A stretch of 64,000 bases of DNA, from assembly GCA_964016885.1 (NCBI GenBank), contig OZ024742.1, positions 87,916,001 through 87,980,000 of the forward strand. The letters are read 5' to 3'. The position numbers and the translations under genes were made by a program. Positions 50,001-61,729 of the stretch are shown here, in pieces; position 1 is the stretch's first letter, and every line of letters starts with the position of its first letter. The notes under the pieces were generated by a model. That model saw only the letters and a program-made list of their open reading frames with translations, had not been told where the DNA came from and searched no databases. Origin of the DNA: Eledone cirrhosa. Taxonomy: Eukaryota.

Positions 50001-52717
50001 TAAGGCTTTAGCAATAGAGAAAAATAGAGCAGAGGGAGAATTAGTTAGAAAATTAGACGAGGCGCTTAGCCAAGGCATCGCGACCTAGGTACTTGCGGCG
50101 AAATTGGCCCTTGATCAATTCTTCAATGCAAAGCACGAAGGTTGCGTTGTCACAGCTAGGGTGCGTGCTCTCAGCCACGAGGGGACGAAAGCCGTCAATG
50201 GGCCCGAGTGGCGGAGGCGCGTCGTGGAAACAAAGCCACTTCCGGCATTTGGAAGGGCGCATGCTACTCGATCCCCGGCAAATGTGTTAAGCTTTCCTCG
50301 ACACTTCGCTCAGCTGTTCAGGAACAGCGGCGGGCCGGATCGAGGGATGGATTTTAGTGTCTATCTTGACGGACTGCCGCGGCTCTCGGCCACTGAGGCG
50401 GAGTGTTGCGAAAAGCCGATAACAGCCGCTGAAGTACGGGAGGCAATGACTGGCAGCACAAGGGGTAAATCGCCTGGTTTGGATGGTCTGCCCTATGAAC
50501 TTAACGTACAGATGCCAGACCAGTTTCGGGGGCCTCTTGGCGGATGTTTACTGCAACTGGCAACATAACGGGAGAATTCCCAGCTCTGTGAGCCGAGGAG
50601 AGGTGGCGCTACTGACAAAGGACCCGAACAAGGGGGATAACATAGATAATTTCAGGCCCATAACTCTGCTAAACACCGAGTTCAAGAATTTGACCAAGGT
50701 ACTAGCAAAGAGGTTGGCGCTTGTCGTTGATGGTCTGGTGGGAGAGGCGACATGCTTCATTCCCGACAGATCCGTCCACTACAACCTTCACCTCATGGGA
50801 TACATCGTAGAGAGGGTAGCTAGGGAACCTGGCACGGATGGGTCCTTGATCAATTTAGATTAGTCGAAAGCTTTCGATAGCGTCGACCATCATTACCTAA
50901 CGGCAGTCCTGATGGAGGCTGGCTTTTGGCCCGTCTTCAGAGGCTGGATCGCTGCCATGCACAGCGACATCTGCTCCGTGGTAACAAGAGAACGTTCACT
51001 TTTCGGAACCTTTCAACATCATGCGCACGGTCCGACCAGGATGTCCCCTATCGTCCCTCTTGTACGTATTGACGCTCGAGCCATTACTGCACAAACCGCG
51101 GTCGTTGAGGCGGCTCCCGCGCGATCTAGAATGCGGAAGATCCGTGTCAGCATAGGATGACGATGTCTCCGTTGTGGTGTCGAACGCCAAACATTTGGAG
51201 CCGATCGGCACTACACTAAGAGAATACGAAGCGGTGACAGGAACAATGATCAACCAGGAAAAGTCAGTGGACCTGCAGCTCGGCACCTGGTGAGGCAGGT
51301 CCATGCCGCCCAACAGCGTCTCCGAGCGCTGGACGGACGCACCGGCTAAATTGCTACGGGTCTGGTTCGGTCCGGAGCTCCGGACGGACAAGAACTAGGA
51401 CGAGGTGACGAGAAGGGTGGTTTCTCTCACCCAGAAATGGGCGGAGAGAAAGCTCTCCCTGAAAGGTCGGGTGGAGGTGGCTAACGTGTACATCGTTTCC
51501 GTCATCTACTACCGCCTGACCGTCGTACCTTGTTGTAAACCCCGCCTGACTACGCTGGAGCGTATGCTCTTTCGCTTATTGTGGAAGGGACGCGCTCCGA
51601 TGGTCAGGCAGTCCATCTGCTGTCAACACCCGCTGCGTGGAGTGCTGGGCAGGTGATCAGGTGTGGTCACCGTTTGCTAAACGCGTCTTTCCCCAGCTCG
51701 GCTCCTTGAGGGAGCTCCAGCCCTGGGTCAAGCGAAGACCGAGAGGGAGCGCTTGGAGACTGAAATGTCATCAGGCGCTCACAGCCCTTGACCAATCGGG
51801 CAATGTGATCGGTGGAAACTCCACCTTGGCGTTCTATACGGGATTAGTGGAGGGTAAGAGCGACGACGTACTTGGGGAAACTCTAGGCGTCGACGAAAAT
51901 CAAATTGCCAATCTATTCGGAAGCACTTTCGGGCTGGGGCCTATGGACAACCTCCAGAAATCCCTGGCCTGGCAGTGCTACCGAGGAGCTTTGCCAGTTC
52001 GGGATAAACTCTACAGGCATGGTGGTGCCGTCAGCCGGGCATGTCCGAGATGCGTGCAGGGCGAAGAAACCGTCCTTCACGCACTCGTCCAATGTCCGAG
52101 CATTGCTGACTTGTGGGTTTATGTCGAACACCTGCTGTCGCGTGTAGGACGGATCCAGCTATCAGCTGTGTCCATCGTGAGGATTTCCCCGCCCTCTTCC
52201 TTTAGCCGAGAAGGGCAGGAATTTTTATCTCTCTGGTGGCCATGGCGAAAGAGATAGTATGGTGGACACGTTTGAAAGGGCTGAAGATGAGCATTTACCT
52301 GTTCGGTGGTTTAACTTTCGATTAACTTTTTCAAATTTCATTTCAAAAGAAAAATCAGGGTAGAGAGGGAAGTGCTCTCTACCAAGCATTTTGTTTAAAG
52401 ATGGGTGAGGGAGGCAAGAATGGCTCGAGTTAATGGGCCTTCTCTGAGTATGTGTTTGTAAATTAAAGGTGGAAAACTGGGAGAGGGCACTTGCCTTGGT
52501 TGTCAGGGTCACTGCGGCTTTTTAAGGGGCTTTCTCCTCGAATGTACCTCGGAAGTCTCCCCACTATTGGGGAATTTTTTCATTGTACTATTATTACATC
52601 CTCTGTTTTTTTTTTGTTTTTTTACACGCAGAAATGCCCTTTTGTACCGTCCTGTATTGTTCTGTACAATCCTTAATGTCTACTTTGTGTAAACCCTTGT
52701 GCTTAATAAAGAAAGCA
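47021..52717 (+). mobile_element. L1/Tx1-clade LINE, full length, pseudogenised
   Basis: Broken ORF1 47473-~49120 (CHCGERTHLRAFC); ORF2 49198-52461 with INARGL, ISETR, KSPGLDGLP, NFRPITLLN, KAFDSVDH and CPRC...H....C; AATAAA then (TTA)n. Confidence 0.92.
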
Positions 52718-52758
52718 TTATTATTATTATTATTGTTATTATTATTATTATATATATA

Positions 52759-52943
52759 ATCACGCCGAGGTTAACTTTGCCTTTCATCCTTACGGGGTCG
52801 ATAAAATAAAGTACCAGTAATGCATTGGGTATTTGCTGGCCTTGTGCCTAACGTAGAAACAATTATTATATATATATATATATATATAATAATTGTTTCT
52901 ACGTTAGGCACAAGGCCAGCAATTACCCAGTGCATTACTGGTA
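52759..52943. mobile_element. SINE 3' half plus inverted SINE 3' end, tail-to-tail across (TA)n
   Basis: 52812-52866 and 52888-52943 are reverse complements with 2 mismatches. Confidence 0.85.
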
Positions 52944-52953
52944 TATATATAAA

Positions 52954-55900
52954 GTCCTGGGTATGACATTAAACTACATCCAGTGGCAAGGCTCCAGTTC
53001 GGGAGTTCAGGAGTTGAGGGGAATGTGGAGTTACCCTTTAGTTGTCATGACTCCCAGGACTGCCCTGGCCCGGGGTGGTAGTACCTGTTAGGGCTCCAGT
53101 TATGGGTTAAATAACTACCTTATTCGAGTAGCGCCGCGAAGGTATTGTTAACCATTGAAAAGAAATATGGAGAGTCGATCTAACACCACTAGGGTTAGAG
53201 CCCCTAATTACACTGTCAAGGAGCAGCCTGGTCGTTATGACTCTGCTGGCATAGAGCCACAGATAGGGCCAGTGGATGATGGATCAGCTGTCTCTGAGAC
53301 AAACATAAAGAATGCAGTTTTGTCCTGCAGAAGAGCCATCAAAATGGGCACTTTGAATGTGAGGACTATTCGGACGATGGAGAAGAGAGAGGAGTTGGAC
53401 ATCTGTTCGAGGAGAGTGGTATGCAGATACTTGCGATCCAAGAACACAGAATCCTACACGATGAGCCCGTGAGGAGTGTGATGATCGGGAAGAGGAGCCA
53501 GCTCATCACTACATCGGCAGTGAAGAACACAACAAATGCTGCAGTAGGAGGAGTGGGTTTTGTGTTCATTGCAGGAACCAACCTGTTGGTGATGGAAATA
53601 ATGCCTATCTCCTCTCGAGTATTGAGGGTGACCTTCAATGGAAACCCAAGACTGAGAGTCATCTCAGCCTATAGTCCAACCGAGGAGGACAGTGATGTGA
53701 GTGCGGAAGAGTTCCATGAGGAGGTGTGTAGAGCTGTCAACACCACTCAGGCACACAATATCCTGCTTGTTTTGGGGGACTTCAATGCACATTTGAGTAA
53801 GGAGGGCAGTCAAGATCCTTGTAAACACTTCCATAACAACACCAACCGAAACGGAAGACTACTGAGAGACACCCTGCTGGAGGCGAACTTGATGGCGACC
53901 AACCTAAGGTTTAGGAAGAATCTGGGGAAGATATGGACCTACATCTCCGATATGCACCTGTCCAAGTCCCAGATAGATTTCATTCTGGTGAGAAAAAAGT
54001 AGCGGAATAGTGTTCTGAACACAGAACCATACAGCTATTTCAGTACACTGGGTAGTGACCACCAGCTTGTTATGAGTGAGGTCCGGGTGAGCTTAAGAAA
54101 GAGCATGGCTCGGCCCCGGAGAGCAATCTATGACTGGGGAGCTTTCAAGGAAGATGATATGCTACAGGAGAGGTTCACAGTGGAACTGAGAAACAGGTTT
54201 AGTGCTCTTTGTGTAGTGTCAGAGGAGAGAGAGATTGGATGGACTGAGGAGAGTGTGACGAGGAGGTACGGGCACCTCTCCAATGCAGTGGCGGAAGCAA
54301 GTAAACCCTGGTGCCGTGGAAAAAGAACAAAGGGAAGCTCGTCAGCTCTGCAAACACAAAAGTGTGTGCAGCCAGAGAACACCTGAAAGCTGCCATGGAC
54401 CAATTCTATGCTGATCCTATGGAGGAGAGGATGGAGACTGTGGACCTGATGAGAGAAGAACTCTGTACCGCTTACACTGAGGTCAGAGAGGAGGCACTGA
54501 TAGAGAAGATCAGAATTGTGGAGAGAGCGGTTGATAGATCTGGATGTAAGGAGAGCTGGATGATCATCAACGAGATCACAGGGTGGAAGAGAAGGTGTTC
54601 GAGTCAGATCCAGGGAACGGGGCCCGAGGATAGGAAGAGGAAATGGCTAGACCATTTTAGGACACTACTAGGAGAGCCACCCTCCACAGCCCAGAGCACT
54701 CGGGAGATCAGGCGGCTGTTTGAGGAACTGGATGTTGAGACAGAGCACTTCACCAGAGAGGAGCTTCAGAGAGCCAAGAAGAGGATCAATGAGGGCAAGG
54801 CTCCTGGAGAAGATGGAGTGGCATCAGAGGTGATGAAGAGGTGTGATTTGGATGATATCATCCTGGGGTTCTGTAACGGGGCACTGGAGAGAGGAGTTGC
54901 CCCGAATCAGTGGAGGATCAGTAACATCGTCCCAGTGCCAAAGAAGGGAGATCTCTCTAACACCAACAACTACCGGGGGATCTCACTGACGTCACTTGTG
55001 GCAAAGACCCTCAACAGGATGATTCTTAACAGGATCCAGCCTGAGATGGAGGAGAAGCTCAGGGACAACCAGAACGGCTTCAGAGGGGGTAGATCAACCA
55101 TCAGTCACATCCTGATGCTGAGGAGGATATTAGAGGGAGCTAGAGTAAAGTGCCTTCCTGCGGTCATGGTTTTCATTGACTTTGGGAAGGCCTTTGATTC
55201 TGTGGACCGTTACTGCCTGATGAAGATCTTACAGGCTTATGGAATCCCCAAGAAGATAGTGGACCTGATATCACTGCTCTACACCAACACCAAAGCCAAA
55301 GTCAACACCTAATGGGATGACAGAGTTCTTTGAGATACTGGCTGGAGTGCTCCAGGGAGATACATTGGCTCCCTACCTTTTTATCATCGTAGTGGACTAT
55401 TGTATGCGCCTTGCACTGGAGAAACACCAGGACTCTGGCTTTACTGTGGCACCGGCTCAGAGCAGGAGAGTTAGGGCGAAAAATGTATCGGATTCAGAAT
55501 TTGCCGACGACATAGTTTTGGTGACAAATACAGTGAAGGAGGCAGAGGATTTGATGCGGGAGGTTGAGACTGTGTCGATGAGTGTGGGGCTGGGAATGAA
55601 TGAGACTAAAACAAAATATCTGGTATTGAATGTTGAGAAGCCAGATAGGATCACTAATGTAAGCGGGAAGCCGCTAGAATTGGTTGAGGGCTTCCTGTAT
55701 TTGGGAGCAAAGATTGGGAATACGGAAGATGATGTGGTTGAGAGGAAGAGCAAGGCCTGGGCGGCCTGCCACAGCTTGAGATCGGTGTGGAAGTCGGACC
55801 TTCGTAGAGACCTGAAAATCCGCCTCTTCATTGCTGTAGTGGAGTCTGTGCTGCTGTATGGGTCTGAGACTTGGACACTGACCAAGAAACTCACTCAGAT

Positions 55901-56259
55901 GGTGGATGGGTGCTACACGAGAATGCTGAGGATGGCTCTGAACATTAATCAGTATACACTGAGGATGAAAAACTCAGAGCTGTATGGGAGCATCCCAACA
56001 GTCAGCTCAAAAGTGACACAGAGGAGACTGAGGTTAGCTGGGCATGCTCACCGACATCCAGAGTTGACATTGCACTCAGTACTCCTTTGGGAGCCCCTAC
56101 ATGGGCCCACTAGAAGAGGAAGACCAAGGTTAACGTACGTTGATGCGCTAAGGACAGACACTGGTCTATTGGAGACGCAGGACATGGCAGCGATAATGAG
56201 GGACAGAGACCGCTGGAGAGAACTCGTCCATGGATCTCGGGAATTTTACCCGCCTTAGA
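52954..56259 (+). mobile_element. RTE-clade LINE, near full-length copy 2 (ORF 53168-56258 with stops and frameshifts)
   Basis: Collinear with 11935-15249 throughout but carrying different lesions. Confidence 0.92.
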
Positions 56260-56270
56260 AAAGAATATAT

Positions 56271-56976
56271 AAAGCCCTTTAAACGGTATGTTATTACTCT
56301 AAGATTGTATACGCTATCGAGTGCTTGGCTGCAGTTCTGATTGCATTCGCCGCCTTAGCTGCGGTTCGAGCTTCGAATATGCTGTACTTCTATTTGTATT
56401 ACTATCTCATAGACCTAATGATTAATTGATTAATTTAATTAGACAATTCTATTGATTGGTTAATTATTCATGTTTGTTTAATAACGATCTGGTTGAGTGC
56501 TTAATTCAGTCTGTGTATAGAACTTATTCCATTGCTCATAATTTGAAATTGACCGCCAAACACCGGGTGTTAGCTCCCTTTGGAGAAACATGTGCACTCA
56601 CAACCGGTCTGGCGTCTGAACGGAAGCCTGTTGAGAAAGTAAATCCTCTGTTCGATCTTCCAGAACCACAACTTCCATACAGTGCAAGCGGATTTTGTAA
56701 ATCTCGAATTTACAGAAACCAAACTGAGATATGGCAAAATATTGAAGTGATGGTCCAGGTTTGTTATATATATATATGTATATATATATATTTTTTTTTC
56801 TCGCAAGTCAGTTCTTTCGTTGCTACGGTCCCGGCGGCTAAATTACTGGTCGCTATCTTCAATTTGCAAAGCTCTTTAAACAGTATGTTATTACCTTGTC
56901 GAGTGCTTGGCTGTACTTCCGATTGCATTCGTCGGCTTAGCTGCGACTCGAGCTTCGAATATGCTCGACTTCCATT

Positions 56977-56980
<4 letters not shown>
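56271..56980. repeat. Unclassified unit bounded by ~115-125-bp direct repeats
   Basis: 56271-56398 aligns with 56868-56980 apart from one indel. Confidence 0.75.
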
Positions 56981-57014
<34 letters not shown>

Positions 57015-57041
57015 TAATATATATATATATATATATATAAT

Positions 57042-57078
<37 letters not shown>

Positions 57079-57285
57079 TAATATATATATATATATATAT
57101 ATAATATTATAATATATATATATATATATATAATATTATAATATATATATATATATATATATAATATTATAATATATATATATATATATATATACAATAT
57201 TATAATATATATATATATATATATATAATATTATAATATATATATATATATATAATATTATAATATATATATATATATATATAAT

Positions 57286-57336
<51 letters not shown>

Positions 57337-57350
57337 TAATATATATATAT

Positions 57351-57384
<34 letters not shown>

Positions 57385-57541
57385 ATATTATAATATATAT
57401 ATATATATATATATAATATTATAATATATATATATATATATATATAATATTATAATATATATATATATATATATATAATATTATAATATATATATATATA
57501 TATATAATATTATAATATATATATATATATATATAATATTA

Positions 57542-57605
<64 letters not shown>
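56979..57605. repeat. Higher-order AT minisatellite [TAATATTATAA + (TA)n]
   Basis: Regularly spaced aatattataa interruptions within (TA)n. Confidence 0.95.
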
Positions 57606-57606
<1 letters not shown>

Positions 57607-57660
57607 AAATAAAGTAATTAAGTCAAATATTTAAGATTTGGCTTCGTTTATTAAAGATGT

Positions 57661-57715
57661 ACTGCTATATATATTTCGGTGACAGTCATCATTGGCTTTC
57701 ACCTCGTCAGGCAGT
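57661..57715 (-). ncRNA. Minimal hammerhead ribozyme, intact
   Basis: actgc CTGACGA ggtga-[16 nt]-tcacc GAAA tatata TA gcagt; palindromic stem III; AATAAA just downstream. Confidence 0.9.
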
Positions 57716-58030
57716 TCGAATTGGTGTGCTGGAGACAGGTACACATGTTGTTAAAGTGTTTTACTCCGTCAATACTCCGATATGTCCAGCTCCTGGTTGG
57801 GTTGTTATTTCTCTGAGGAACTGGAATCATATGAATTCTAACAAACGAATTTCGGCATCATAGGACACTCTCTCATCCCATTGGTCAGTTGTGGAAACAT
57901 TCCTCAGTCAAATGTCTATAGATATTAGTCTATAGAAATTAGTTCTGCTGCTGCTGTCTTTAGAAGAATGAATGTGTGTGGGTTGGCCCCAAACCCACCA
58001 CTCTTTCACGTGGTGGAGAGTGCCAAACAG

Positions 58031-58184
58031 ATAATTGTTTCTACTTTAGGCACAAGGCCAGCGAATACCAAGTGCATTACTGGTACTTTATTTTATCGAC
58101 CCCGTAAGGATTAAAGGCAAAGTAAACCTCGGCGGGATTTGAACTCAGACCGTAAAGGGACGTAACTATGCTGGAATTCATGGC
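58031..58184 (-). mobile_element. tRNA-derived SINE in the Naiad 3'UTR
   Basis: Reverse complement of the 16461 family. Confidence 0.85.
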
Positions 58185-58502
58185 GCAGATAATGAAATCA
58201 GATAAGGTAAAATGAAGAAATAAAATATAATAAAATAAGATAAAATAAATAATAAAATAATAAGGTACGATACAATAAAATGAAGAAGTAGACAAAATAA
58301 ATATATAAATGAATAAAATAGGATAAAGTGCGTTTTGTTATAGCCAATATCAAATATCAAAGAAGAATAAAGTGCGTGTGTGTTATAGCCAATATTAAAG
58401 TAAGAAAGATTTGGAAAATATTGACTTAAGTATAAAGGCTATGTGTCAGAACTGGGAAATGCAAAGGATTACTATCATTAAACTCTCATGGGGTGGTGCG
58501 TT

Positions 58503-60565
58503 TTAAGAGCAAATGAGGCAAGAGTGGAGTGTAAAACACCATAACCTTAGTGTCAAAATCCGGAAATGTAGAGGACTACAGTTTTTAATTCGGCATAGAG
58601 TACATTCAGTCCTGAGGTTTATCAGGCTGCATCCACCGCTGAGTATCTCGAGGGTCTCGCTCAGACATAGTTTGCAGATGCCAGATCCTCCTTTATCAGG
58701 TGGTACTTTCCTGATTTTCGACAAGGCCAGAGAGTACGGGGTCCTGTCCAGCTTGAGCCTCCAGATCAGTTCGGAAAGAGCCGTACTTTTCCTTTTGTTC
58801 TCCCTGATAAAGGAATGGCGATGGTTATACCTTCGGCCCTTTAAAGCTCGTTGATGTGGCTCCTATGTAAAGGTGTTCAGAGTTAGGGGTTTTTACTCTA
58901 CATCCGTATATTAAGTTCTTTCTTAGGCATTCATTACTAAGGGGGCATAATGCTGGGTTTCTGCAGTTGCAGGACGTGGTCGACCTCCGCGTACCTAATG
59001 TGGGGTTCCCGTAGCGTATTATATGGTGGTCCTCCCCCGGGCCTGGTGGGGGTTCCCTGGGTCTGTTTGGGTTACTGGGTCCGCCCTTCTTTCCCTACAC
59101 ATGGTTCTGCCGGATGCCTATATTGCCAGCTTCTGGTTGTGTGTGGTTTTTAAGTCTACCCCTATTAATGCTTCGCGTGGTAGAATATGAGAGCTTTACA
59201 ATGTGTCTGTTGAAGACCTTGCAGTATCTCTGGTCCTTCGGGAAGCATTTATCTAGTGTTCTAAATAATGAGCGGGCCATTCTGTTCTTTAGTGCCGCTG
59301 AGTATGGTGGGTTGTACCACGTGATTTTTCTGTGTCTATTCCTATGTCGGTGGGTTGAGCGTGTCGTGGGCTGTTGGGAAGTAGTTGGGTTGCTAGTGGT
59401 TCCCGCATTGCTGCTTCCCCTTTGGGCGCTATGTGTTCTGCTAACTTTCCGACCCGTATTTCTGGGTTGGTTGTTACCCACGCTGGGAGTTCTACGGTGG
59501 GATGGTCTTTCATCGATCCCGCTTCGTGTCTTGCGGTTGGGGGCGTCAGGCACGGGGTGGTTGATATCACCCCTGAGACCGCTACTCGTACCGGGTTTCC
59601 TCCCATGGTTATGGGTGCGCGTGCCCCTCGCCAATGTGGTGGTGTTGCGTTCATGGTGTTTAGTTGTTTTTACTCTGCTTGTATTGTTAAGGTTCCCCCA
59701 CTCCCAGATCCCGTTGGGCTATCCCCGTCATGGCGCTTCTGATTAAATGATATATTTTGGCCATGCGCCGCCTTATTTAGAGCTGCGTTGTAATATTCCG
59801 CGTTGCTATCGAAGATCTCCTTATTTGCGGACAGGCTGGAGATCCTGTCCGAGACACTCTTCACTATGGCCTTAATTATGGATCTAGGGTGGTTTGATTT
59901 GGCTTTAACATATACCAGTATCTCGTTGGGCTTGTGATAGGGGTAGTATTGCTCGGTGTTCAGGTTTAGGGTGGTGTCTAGGAAGTTAACTACCTTTCTA
60001 TTTGGGTCTGGTTCGATATTGAGCCCATGGTTCTTAAACAAATGCCGAACACGCCTCTTCATTCTCTCCACCATAGTGGTGCTATGGTCATAGACTATGA
60101 AGAGTGCATCGTCACGATACAGTCCGCCGCCCAGGCAGGGAATAGCTCAACCAGGTCCGTTACCTGTGCGGGTCGCTGGAGCCCATCGTGATGTCTAAGT
60201 TATTTGGCCAATCACTTCTGGTCCAAAGGTCTCCACCGAAACTGATCAGGGTCTTTCGGTCGGCGGTGATGATGCCCACCTCCTCGCGTGTTAGGTCCGT
60301 ACTGGACATCGTTAAAATAAAGGCCTTATTGAGTACTATGGGCGAAATTGAGGAGTAGTAGCCTGCAATGTCCAGTTGGGTAAAGCTTGTCCTACTTTTC
60401 TCAGGTAGTATCTTAAACCATTCTATTACCTCTCCTGTGCATGACCATTGCTGGCAACTAGTTTTTTTTTTCCGAAGTGTGGGCAAAATCCTATACGTAT
60501 GTTTTTGCTGACGATCCCTAGGTCTGATCTGAAGGAGGATATTAATCTAACCGGGAGGCCGGACT
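58503..60565 (-). pseudogene. Naiad RT-GIY-YIG ORF with frameshifts
   Basis: Joins ORF pieces 60160-60486, 59670-60074, 59095-59634 and 58503-58724. Confidence 0.85.
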
Positions 60566-60691
60566 AAAAATAAATGTCTACAGACTTTTGAATGAGGAAT
60601 GTTCTCACATCTGACCAATGGGACGAGAGAGTGTCCTATGACGCCGAAATTCGTTTGTTAGAATTCATATGATTCCGGTTCCTCAAAAGTT

Positions 60692-60798
<107 letters not shown>

Positions 60799-61729
60799 GA
60801 GAAGTAAGGTTCTTTACAATACAGTAGATATAGAGAAAAGGTGAAGTTGGAAATAGCACGGAAAATATATTTAAGTGTCTATTATTCTTTTTAGATTCGT
60901 CAAAGTGACATTATTGAAAAAATCAGAGGGACAATTCTTTTTTTTTTTAAGTTTTATAATGTATATAAAGTATATAAAATATTACCCTTTTCATTGTATT
61001 ATTAAAATTCATCTTATCAAACGTGGAATACTGAAATAAAAATTAGAAATAATTAATAGGACTTAAAAACTAAAATTAAGGATTTAAAGACAAAATCAAA
61101 TGTTGGGGTAAGTTTATTCCATCTTTCTTGCTCAATATTTGGTGATAAGTGAAGATAGCAGCAGCTGTGTTTCTTCACAGAAAAGAGTTGTTTTTTTACA
61201 TCTTGTAAATATGTGTGTGTATACCTGATTGTGTTAATTGAATGGTTAAGAGTTTAAAAGAGGATGGGGAATTGTTAGCTAGAGGTAAGTTATGTGGCAG
61301 CAGCAGGACACTCTATTATTGGAATGTGATTTTAGGGAGTGTTTGTATATTATATATATATAGTGTGAGGTGTATATATAACAATACACACGTGTGTGTG
61401 TTTGTTTTTTTGTTTTTATCAGTCTGTCTGTCACAGTCCCTTTAGCAATACACACATGTGTGTGTTTCTGTGTGTTTTTTTTTCAGACTGTCTGTTACAG
61501 ATCCCTTTGTGGTAGGAAATTAAGAACATCGTTTCTTCAAAATTAAGAAAATTGTCAAAAACTAAAAACTAAAGACCAAAGGATTCTCAGAATCTAAAAT
61601 TAAAAAAAATGTTTAAATTCTTTAAAAAATCCTACACCACTCAATTAACACAATCAGATATACACACACATATTTACCGGGTGTTTTCAAAAAACAACTT
61701 TGTTCTCAAGTAAAAGAACACAGCCGGCT

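Larger units (their letters stand above)
57606..60690 (-). mobile_element. Naiad-type Penelope-like element, 5'-truncated, with an inverted 3'UTR piece at its 5' end
   Basis: QW..T.EVIEWF, DITMGS, GLYRDD, WYNPPYS, CNCR....CPL...CL, LIY...YIG and CKLCLSE motifs; (TA)n on both sides. Confidence 0.85.

Noticed and set aside
56265-56274. atatataaag as target-site duplication of RTE copy 2
   Set aside because: Low complexity and overlaps the start of the downstream direct repeat, so it is not reliable.
58400-58975. Selenocysteine recoding or SECIS in the Naiad element
   Set aside because: The conserved cysteines read here are TGC or TGT codons, and no SECIS-spaced AUGA..AA..GA hairpin was found.
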